A stretch of DNA of 64,000 nt from the NCBI RefSeq assembly GCF_009914755.1, contig NC_060940.1; one strand, given 5' to 3'. Origin of the DNA: the human T2T-CHM13v2.0 reference genome, Homo sapiens. Below, in pieces: positions 54,087-64,000 of the stretch. Both the position numbers and the translations under genes were made by a program. Numbering within the stretch: position 1 is the first letter of the stretch; the number at the start of each line of letters is the position of its first letter. The notes under the pieces were generated by a model. The model ran no database searches, was not told the origin of the DNA, and worked only from the letters and a program-made list of their open reading frames with translations.

Positions 54087-56859
54087 TCCTGTGGTATGGA
54101 ACTGAGGTCTTTCGTTCAGGGTAATAACATAAAAGATGGAGCCACTGAAGTTTGAAAGGGAAGGTTATTTCATTACTATTAATTATTTGGCTACTTAATT
54201 TTATCCATTTTGGACTTGCGGGTGGCAGTGGTATTGATTTCGTCAATGTGCCTACGGCTGTCTATTTTGCACGAAAATTATTGATAGTCTTCATTTCAAC
54301 TTGTATTTTGGTGTGATTCTCTTTGCCCAGCATGGGTGAAGCACACACCATTTAAGTCTTATCTGTGGTGCTAAATGCGTGACACTCGTGATCTCATTTA
54401 ATTATGGCAATTAATCCCCACAATGGGCATGCTGGTGCAAAATGGTCATACTCTTATTTCTATTTTGATGATGAGTATAGATGGGGCCCAAATATACTGA
54501 ACACTCTGCTCAAGATTCAGTATTTAGTAACTATTGGAAAGGGGATTGAAACTTGGGCTTCTTTGTGCTTGTAATTACTGCCCTCCATTCATGTAACTTT
54601 TCTTGATTGTTTTCTCTAATTATTCTCTTTTTATAGCTGCTTTATTTCCTTACACTCATCTGTCTTAACTATGTATTATCATATGAGTCCCTTCACCTAA
54701 GAATTCAGTCAGACTATTTGTTTACTAATACACAACCAGTATGAGATGACGTATCTAAAATATAGATTACTGTGAGCAGTAAATCCTTGTATTTATTTTC
54801 AAGAATGACATAAAGGAGATATACAGAGCTAAAATGTTTTGCGATGACATAGGAGTGATTGATCTTCACTTGCTATGGGGCAATTGGGGAAAGCTTTTCA
54901 AAGCAGTTGGCATTGGAAATGAGCCTTGAAGAATAGATAATGATAATAGCAACAACAATTTGTAATGCTCAGGAAGGTGGAAAAGGCGGGTAGATGAAAT
55001 AGAGGGAGGTTGTGTTTAAAAGGGTATTCCAGTGTCCTTCTAAACCAATAAACACACACAAATATTCTCGCAATGCTGAATTTCCTAATATGTTTGTCAC
55101 TTAACTTCAGGTCTTTGCAAGTTAGTTTTTAAAAAGTTAAATGCTGAAAATCAGAAAGCTGTCAGGAGTGAGGAAGAGAAACAGTGACATCTCTCCTGAC
55201 CCGGCCTAAACTAGAACACACAGATGGGAAAGAAGACATGCCGATTGTTGGCTTGAATACTGTGCAATGAACCGGAGAGGATGATCTGGTGCGACAGCCT
55301 GGAATGTGTCAGAGGGGATTAGGGACAGAGGTCAAAGGTGGCCGCAGAGTGCCTCACCAGCTGACAGTTCTGGAATGAAGGTCTCCAGCAGACAGCCCCA
55401 TGAGATGCCCAAGAGGCAGTGGGCTCTTCAGGCTAGCCAGTGACTGCCACAGCAGATGGGGAGGCCCTGGCAGCAGATTCCCAAATGTGCTTAGTGTGTT
55501 TGCCTAAAGGCATGAGCACATTGGTATCACAGGCTTTTTTTTTTAGGGGGATATATCAGCTAATCTAAATCAGCTAGACCTATTTACGCTTCCAAACTGT
55601 GAAGCAAGACTCCTCCCAGGTAAACCTAGTGTCTTTTGGTTGCATTTTTTAAAGTTGTTGATAGTTTCAAATGCTGATCATCTCACCTTATGCAACCTAA
55701 GCTGCATATGGGGGGGAAAAAAAACTTTGTGGAGGAGGAGATGAAATTTTTGGCACATTCTGGGGGTGGCAAATGGTGAGTACTTAGATTTGAATGCCAT
55801 CACAGCAACCTGTCTATATTTGGCTACTCTTCAACAATTTATCTTCATCAACTTTGTGCTTGCACTGAGGTGGAAACACTTCTTTCTCTCCAGCATCTGT
55901 AGACACTGTGATTCTCTCCTCCTCACTCAATTCTCCAGAATTTAGGAAAATATTCCTTTCCATGTTAATGATTATGCTTGGTGTGTTTCTTTTTAATTTT
56001 ATGGAGGGATGAGTGGTTTCCAGCAGAAGAAAAATAGAGTAAAGCAACCACCACAACAAAACAGAAGTAGAGAGACATATGCCTTCTCACACAGGCTGCC
56101 TTAACCCTGAACAGACTGCGTGGTGCTTCAACCTCACATAGATTCTAAATTACTGGTGCCTGCACAGACAAAATGTCAGGGTCTACCCTAGCTTTGCAAT
56201 TCAGTTTAGTTATAGGTGCAGCCATTTCTGAAGATTTTTTTGTGTGTTTTCTTAGAATGTATATTTTTTGTTCATTTTGCTGCTTTTTAACAAGGAAAGA
56301 AGAAAAGCAAAGACTCAATGTAGCAATTCACTATTAGATGCCAATTAATTGCTAAGCATTTTGTAAGTGTTATCTAACTTGTTTGACTGCAGTCTTTGGC
56401 ATTAAAACACAGATTAGTTATGTAGAATGTTTCATGTGATTTATTAATTAATAATGAAATATAGAATATGAGTTGACAAAGGGCTGCTCTTTATATATAC
56501 ATAACAAAATTATTGCAAAGTTTTGTAAATGTAGGAAATTTATACAAATGCATTCACAATATGCATGCCTTTCTCATATACACATGACTTCATAAAGTTA
56601 CATGGGACATATGTGTATCCTTAGATTTCTTCATCCATCTGGGCTTCACATTCATTATGTATAAAAGAATTAGGGATTCTGTAACTCAATCCAAGATCCC
56701 TTCATGAACTAATGACCTAAAATTAAAAGTCCAAACTCTCAAGGCATGAAATTTTGGTTTATTGTGATGTGCAGCTAGAGTCTTAAAAACAGCACAATAA
56801 TTACAACAATAGCTTTTGTGAGAAGTGAAAAAAGAGGCAGGGAATGGAAATGGGCAACA

Positions 56860-57050
56860 ACCTGTATGAGCACTTACCTTTGATCAAAGTACCAGGTGCT
56901 TGCATCATCATATTTTTTTCTAATCCTCACAACATCTCATTTTAAACATATTTCTTACACACAAGGATATGGAAACAAAGGGGGTTTAGGTTAATGACCA
57001 CACACAGAGTTTATAGGTAACTGGGATTCAAATTCTCATAAACAACTGTC
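56860..57050 (-). mobile_element. MIR fragment
   Basis: gagcacttac...ccaggtgct...taatcctcacaac...ctgggattcaaa. Confidence 0.65.
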
Positions 57051-58758
57051 CTGGGTTTATTAACCCTTGCTATTTTCCGAGTGATTGGAAAAGTCCTTGA
57101 GATATGACGATAATGAGAATTAGCCTCTGCTGTCACGAACTGCAGTTCTTAGCAGAGCTGAAAAGCAATCACGTTAACAGTATCAGTTTAAACCTTTATT
57201 ATTCGACCTCAGCAGGGAAAATTCAAAGGAAATTCCTTTGAATTGAACGTATATAGTAATTATTTTTAGGAAGAGTGTATATGAGTAGGTAATGGGTTTG
57301 AGGGGAAAAAAAAAATTGGAAAGAAGGAATTCCAAAGAACAGAAAATACAGCTTTATGCCTGGGCTGTGGAATAAATATTTCCATGAATTCTCTAGCCCT
57401 GTGGAGATGGCTACAGAGTTCTTTTTCTCACTTTGCTTGGCATCTCTTCTTTCTCATTCTGCCAAACTCTAGCATAGTAATTAAGCCCACAGAGCCCTTC
57501 AGTGTGTTACATACGCACCCCTTCACATAGAGCTAGACAGCGTTACATACCAGGGAGCCAGTGGTTCATAACTCGAGGAAACATCTCCATTGTTGCACCT
57601 TGTGCTGGGCACAGACAAGAGTCTCCATTTACTTTTACATTTCCTGGCACAATATAAGCCCTGGAGTATAATGGATTATGTTACATATATCAAATTATGA
57701 AATGCACAATTCTTTTTAAATTTCTCTAAAGGGTGCCCTCTTATTTTTTATGCATTCTAGGGCTGTGCTAGATATAAATTTATCATTTGAAATTCAAATG
57801 GTTATAGTTACAAAGCTGCTGACTCGTAAAAACAGGAAATCTAGCATATATCAGAATCTGAAAGCAATGCATGATTTGCTGAACTTTTATGATAATTTCA
57901 ATAAATTACTGAATTAGCTCTGTAGTTTTACAAATATGCTTAAAAATGTTCAAATGTTTACAGCAAAGAATAACACTTTTTTTGGTCTTTTGCCCTACTT
58001 GGAAAATAAATTTCAGCTGACAAGCAAGTTTGAGACCTGCAGCCACTCATCAAAGAACAATAAAATTTGATTATTTACATTTTTGCAAGGTCCACTGGAA
58101 AACTAACTTAAACAGTTATTACCAATCTGGCTCTTACAGCTTTTCCATATTCAAAATGTCTATTGACCAGCATTTTTTTTCATGAGAAATCTTTAGAATT
58201 TAATCTAAAATTTATGCAAAATGGTTCAGATTGATATAATTTTACAGGATTTCACTCTGACCATTAGAAATTGGAATTGGAAAGAGACCCAGGATTCCAA
58301 TGAGGACTGAAACAGAAATGCATGTCAAAGACTATTTAGTATTTTGCTGACATCTGCACCATCTATTGATTCTATTTATGTAAATATGAACCAATTGTAT
58401 CACCATACGATATTCTGTTGAGTTTGTCCCCCCTCATCTAGATGTGTAAGCAATTTGCTAGGTTTCGTTATCATTTTTAAGTGTAGATGACTCAGAGTCT
58501 CAGATTAAATAACTCCCTCCTTCACAATTTTTTTTATTGTCCAGGTTTTAATAGAAACAATGAGCTAATTCTGTATATCAGGATTGGGAACCACACATTT
58601 TTACTTTGTCTATAGGTTTGAATTTACTGGTTAACTGTTAGTATCTACATCATTGAACAGATATCTCTTCCTGCATCTCTTATTGATGCATTTGTTTTTT
58701 CACTGTTATGAATATCACAAGACAAACCCCTACAAACTACCTCCTTTGGGCAAGAAAC

Positions 58759-59135
<377 letters not shown>

Positions 59136-59496
59136 TGAGTATCCTTCTAATCCAATTTTTACCCATTTAGGTGCATCTAATAATAATATGTAAGTGAACA
59201 ACGTAGAAATATTTATCTAAATTAAGTGGAAAATTATATCAGCTGGACAAATAATGCCATAGTTAAGGGCAAGGATTATTTAAGGTATTATTTGACAAAA
59301 TGGGATATTAAATTTATTTAAATAAGTTCAGAAGTTGTCGACATGGCCCCTGACACAAATGGCTGAAACTGATAGGCTTTTACATTTGTTTTCTAACTTA
59401 ATCCTGACAACAATTTGTGAGGTAGGCAAAAAATTATTATTTATCTACATTATTCAGTTGAAAACATTTGGGTCCGGGAACTTTCCCAAACTCACA

Positions 59497-59668
59497 TTTA
59501 GCAAATAAAAACAGAGGATGCCCATTTAAATTTGAATTTAAGATAAACAATTAATAATAATTTAGTGTATGTGTGTTCCATACCATATTGATATTTTGTT
59601 ATAACTGAAACAAACAAAAATATCCAATATTTAACTGGAATTCCTCTATTTCACATGGTGGCCCTATA
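59497..59668. mobile_element. MER53 hAT-like palindromic element (partial), inside a MIR
   Basis: tttagcaaataaaaacagaggatgcccatttaaatttgaatttaagataaacaa ... atttaactgga...tggtggcccta. Confidence 0.8.
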
Positions 59669-59901
59669 CATAGTTAAATTAGAGTTCTAAAATTCATAAT
59701 CATATATTTTTATTTCAATCCCAGCATACTTTCTGTCATGCCATATTGGCTTAAAATTGTGATCTTAAGTCCTACCCACTCCCAGCCTCAAGGTTATATC
59801 AATGTCTGTGATTTAGATAATTAGCAAAGCAGAACCCATTGGTATGGTTGTCTAACCAATATTGTCTTTATCCAGTGCAGAATTAAAGATTCAGCGTGAC
59901 A

Positions 59902-60056
59902 TCTTTTCAAAATGGTCTCTCTAAGACATGATCAGATTACATTTTTCATCTCTAGTTATCCTGCCTGTGTATTGAAAAGTGGCCTCTTTTCAAAATGGTC
60001 TCTCCAAGACATGACCAGATTACATTTTTTTATCTGTAATTATCCTGCTTGTGTAT
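59902..60056. repeat. Diverged tandem duplication, 2 x ~71 bp with 12-bp spacer
   Basis: tcttttcaaaatggtctctc... at 59902 and 59985, about 90% identical. Confidence 0.93.
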
Positions 60057-60529
60057 GCTCTATGTACATTGTCATTAACTAATATATTTGATTGGCTTAG
60101 TATACAATGTGAGTAAAAGAGTTGGAATCTAGGGGAAAAACCCACAATTACCTTGAACCCATCATTATTTCTTGTATTTGTTTATTATTTTTAATTAATT
60201 TTATTTACTTATTTATTATAATACAGTTTATTGACATTTTAGGAGATTCCAGTTACACCTAAAATAAAATATTACATCCTGAGCTACATGACAAAAGCTT
60301 CTTTTGTAATGTCATGTCATATTAATCGTATTTTACCACCATGTTTTATTTGAAGAAAAAAAAGTTCATTTTCAGTAAAACATTCAAAAGTACTGTTCGT
60401 AGAACATGACTTCGATTACATAATAAAGGCTTCTTCATTTTTAATAAAAGTTCCTCATCTTTTCCTATATCACTGGCTTTAATGTAAAGATTGAAACCAT
60501 TGTATCCTTAAAACATAAGCCGTATTGTT

Positions 60530-60765
60530 CAGTGATTATTATTATGGCTGTGGAGTCAGAATACTTGCCGTTTGTGTCCCTCTGATTTCTCATTGTGTGC
60601 CTTTGGCAAGCTATTTAGCTTCTCTAAGTGTTAGATGTTTCATATATAAAACAGCCATAGAGACAACACTTAGTACAGATCGTCTCTTACAGTCTTTGCA
60701 ACAACCCTAAGGGCAAAGTATCTGGTACGTAGCGAGCAGTTACGACTGTGATTATTACTACCTGT
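60530..60765 (+). mobile_element. MIR
   Basis: ggctgtggagtcaga...tgtgtgcctttggcaagctatttagcttctct...tctggtacgtagcgagc. Confidence 0.8.
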
Positions 60766-60853
60766 GCCTTTATAGAGTAAGGTTCTGTTTCTGTACTTCC
60801 TGGAACTTCTTTGTTAAATTCACTCATAAACATTTAATTTATTTACTTATATC

Positions 60854-61330
60854 ATTTCTTTCTTCTTTCGTCCCTTCCTTCCTTACTTTTTTCCTTCCTT
60901 CCTTCTCTCTCTCTCCTTCCTTCCTTTTTCTCTTTCTTTCTTTCTCTCTTTCTCTCTTTCTTTTCTTTCTTTCCTTTCTCTTTGTTCTCTTTCTTTCTTT
61001 CTCCCTCTCTTTCTTTCTTTCCTTTCTCTTTGTTCTCTCTTCTCTCTTTCTTTCCTTTCTCTTTGTTCTCTCTTCTCTCTTTCTTTCATTCTTTCTTACT
61101 TTCTTTCCTTTCTCTTTGTTCTCTTTCTTTCTTTCTCCCTCTCTTTCTTTCTTTCCTTTCTCTTTGTTCTCTCTTCTTTCTTTCTCTTTCTTTCCTTTCT
61201 CTTTGTTCTCTCTTCTCTCTTTCATTCTTTCTTTCTTACTTTCTTTCCTTTCTCTTTGTTCTCTCTTTCCTTTCTTTGTTCTCTCATTCTTTTTTTCTCT
61301 CTCTTTCTTTCTCTTTCATCTATCCATCCT
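60854..61330. repeat. ~480-bp polypyrimidine (CT/TTTC) tract with higher-order unit ttcctttctctttgttctct
   Basis: Almost purine-free on +; the 20-mer recurs about seven times. Confidence 0.97.
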
Positions 61331-61434
61331 TTAACTTTATTAGAATATTTTCTTTCTGGTTTCATTCCTTTTTTATTAAATTCTCCATTCTGACTTTACC
61401 TTTTCTGATTATAAATACTTCTAATAATAGCTGG

Positions 61435-61665
61435 TGAATATAGTGAACAGGATTCTATGTTTGGAATCAGGAAAAAAAAACAGACAAATATTTTGCAGGC
61501 TCAAGATTTACTGCTGATTACCTATTATTATGGGACACTTTTCTAAGTTCTCATCCTATTTTGCAAACTGAGAAACTATACATGTTATCTTGAAGAGTTG
61601 ATGTGAGGACTGAAGATAAAGTATTCTGGACATAGTGAGTGCTCAATAAATGCTATGATTTAGTA
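61435..61665 (+). mobile_element. MIR
   Basis: ttggaatcag...gttgatgtgagga...ctggacatagtgagtgctcaataaatgcta. Confidence 0.75.
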
Positions 61666-62491
61666 CTCAATGAGAAGAGGATTCACTTTAAAAGGCAGCC
61701 TTAGAATCACAGCACTTCCACTAATTTTTCTCAACCCTCTCCACCAATAGCAGTCACGCACCGTCATACTTGGTTAGGTACATATTAAATAAGCTAATGC
61801 ATCATAAGTACCCAATACATAAAAGGAACTCAAAAATGCCTGTTCCACTCCTATGCCTTCATTTCAATCCCAGATATTTTCTAAATCTGTATCTAGCCTG
61901 ATTTGCATGGGATTACTTCTCCCTCAGAGGGTTTATATGTCTAAAAATCAGGAGAAATGGCTCACATTTAGAGTGTATCAGCAGTGGGTTGTGTTTTTAG
62001 TAAGCAGAGGCAAACCACAGAATCTGCGTACAATAGAAGACTAAGGTGTGGTGACAACAATCACTCCTGCCGTGGCATTCAGAGAAGAAAGCACTTGTCA
62101 AGATCAACATGCTAATCAGAGCTTGCTGGGAAAGTTAGTTGTTCCCAGCTGCAGCCAAAGCAGCAGGTTGCTTGAAACAGCTGCATCATACTCTTAACTG
62201 GATTGTCTGTGCAAGAGTGATCAGAAAATGTCAGAAATAAAACCAAGGAAGTAGGTGTTACATAAACATGCAAATTACCACAATTAGTCCTAGAGAGCCT
62301 TAAATTCCCAGAAAACATTGAGGTATAATGGAAGGAATTAGGAAGGGGCCAGACTGAACAGAGTTCAAATCTTAGTAACAGTTTTGCCTCTGTGAGTCTC
62401 AGTAAATTCTTCTGTAAATCTAAATCTTAATATCTATAAAAAACATTTATAAGGATAAAGTAAGCTAATGTATGTGTATTAAAAATTTATT

Positions 62492-62824
<333 letters not shown>

Positions 62825-63227
62825 TTAGCAGCTTAAAACTATAAACATTTATTATCTTACATAGTTTTTGAGGTTCAGAAGTCTAGGGGTGGCTTAGCTA
62901 GTTTCTTCTAGCTTAGACTCTCTCATGAGGTTTTACAGTTAAGCAGTTACCGAAAGCTAGAGACTGGGGCTAGATGATCTGCGCCCAAGCCCAGCCACAT
63001 GACTGTTGGCAAGAAACTATTTCCTTGCTGACTCTTAGAAGGAGGCCCCAGTTTCCCATTATGTTTTTCCATAAAGCTACTGACAACAGGGCAGCTGGAG
63101 TCAGCCACAGTGAACCATGCAAGAGAAAAAGGAGGACCCAGAGACTGAGAAAGAGTGGAGGCATAGAGTAAACTAGACAGAAGCAAAAGTCTTTATATAA
63201 TCCAGTCTCAAAAATCACTTCTGCCAT

Positions 63228-63482
63228 ATTTTTTTTCAGCTTTTATTTTAAGTTCTGGGGTACACGTGCAGGACGTGCAGGTTTGTTACATAGGTAAATG
63301 TGTTCCATGGTGGTTTGCTGCACAGATCAACCCATCACCAAGCTATTAAGCCCAGCATCCATTAGCTATTCTTCCTGATGCTCTCCCTCTCCTTCTCCCC
63401 AACAACAAGCCCCAGTGTGTTTTGTTCTCTGGCATGTGTCCATGTGTTCTCATTGTTCAGCTTACACTTATTAATGAGAACA
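63228..63482 (-). mobile_element. 5'-truncated L1PA (about PA8-PA11) 3'UTR
   Basis: gtgcaggtttgttacataggtaaa, ggtggtttgctgcacagatcaacccatcacc, attagctattcttcctgatgctctccc. Confidence 0.92.
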
Positions 63483-64000
63483 TTCTATTCATCGCAAGTG
63501 TCACTAAGTACAGGCCCCACTTGAGGGCAGGAGAAATATAAGACCATGAGTGTCGTAGAGATGGAAATTATTGGTCTACTTTAGAGACTGTCAACCATGA
63601 TACAAGTTGCCTTAATATATAAGATATTTCAATAAATGTCAATTGAAATCTAAAAGCAGTTTGCAAAAGTTTCTTACAGCTTTAACATAGAAAATAGCTA
63701 CAATTATTTTAACTTTTTTGAGTTTATGTAAGTTTTCTATGGAAAGTTTTAGTTTTATAGTAGGTGACTATTGAATATTACTTTTGTTCATCTTTTTGCC
63801 CTTAAATCTCAGTGTTCCTTGATCCTGAAATATTTTTGCAACACGTTTCTTTGAATATTCAGTAATTCATCTAACGGCCTTAATGAATCCACTCATTCTC
63901 TACATCCAAAAAAAAAAATAAACATTATTTTTATCTTAAATGATGATAAGAACACAAAATCAGTGTTATTCTAATGCACAAATTTAAGGATGAAAAGAAT

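Noticed and set aside
55100-55800. GC-richer block with a donor-like ATG|GTGAGT near 55775 as an exon or promoter
   Set aside because: No sustained ORF, few CpGs and an ambiguous acceptor; could be an old LTR that I cannot identify.
59497-59668. Partial palindrome as a novel hairpin RNA
   Set aside because: Explained by MER53, which is intrinsically palindromic.
60839-61437. Longest ORFs (128-151 aa; K/E/R-rich or F/S/L-rich)
   Set aside because: They are translations of the CT-rich low-complexity tract, which lacks stop codons by composition.

Overview
AT-rich, CpG-depleted primate (probably human or other catarrhine) non-coding DNA, judged from AluJ/S/Y, THE1A, an L1PA end and many ancient L1M, L2, MIR, MaLR, ERVL and hAT fossils. 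I cannot name the locus. I find no credible protein-coding exon, structural RNA gene, CpG island or CRISPR array. The ORF track is explained by chance, Alus, low-complexity sequence and degenerate L1 ORF1. I cannot support a new biological system here. The notable structure is a set of local copy events not explained by transposon annotation: a ~410-bp inverted duplication (47435-47847 / 48995-49410), a perfect 28-bp fold-back in an L1 (305-368), an 89-bp direct repeat carrying a splice donor (8383 / 9300), a near-perfect 3x83-bp tandem (25179-25430) and several smaller hairpins and patchworks. Also of interest are a CpG-rich, possibly GC-converted MER1B, a TCF/LEF plus kappaB-like palindrome, and a few candidate non-coding exons and enhancers. 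Repeat subfamilies are recalled from consensus sequences, not from a search, and boundaries of old repeats are approximate.
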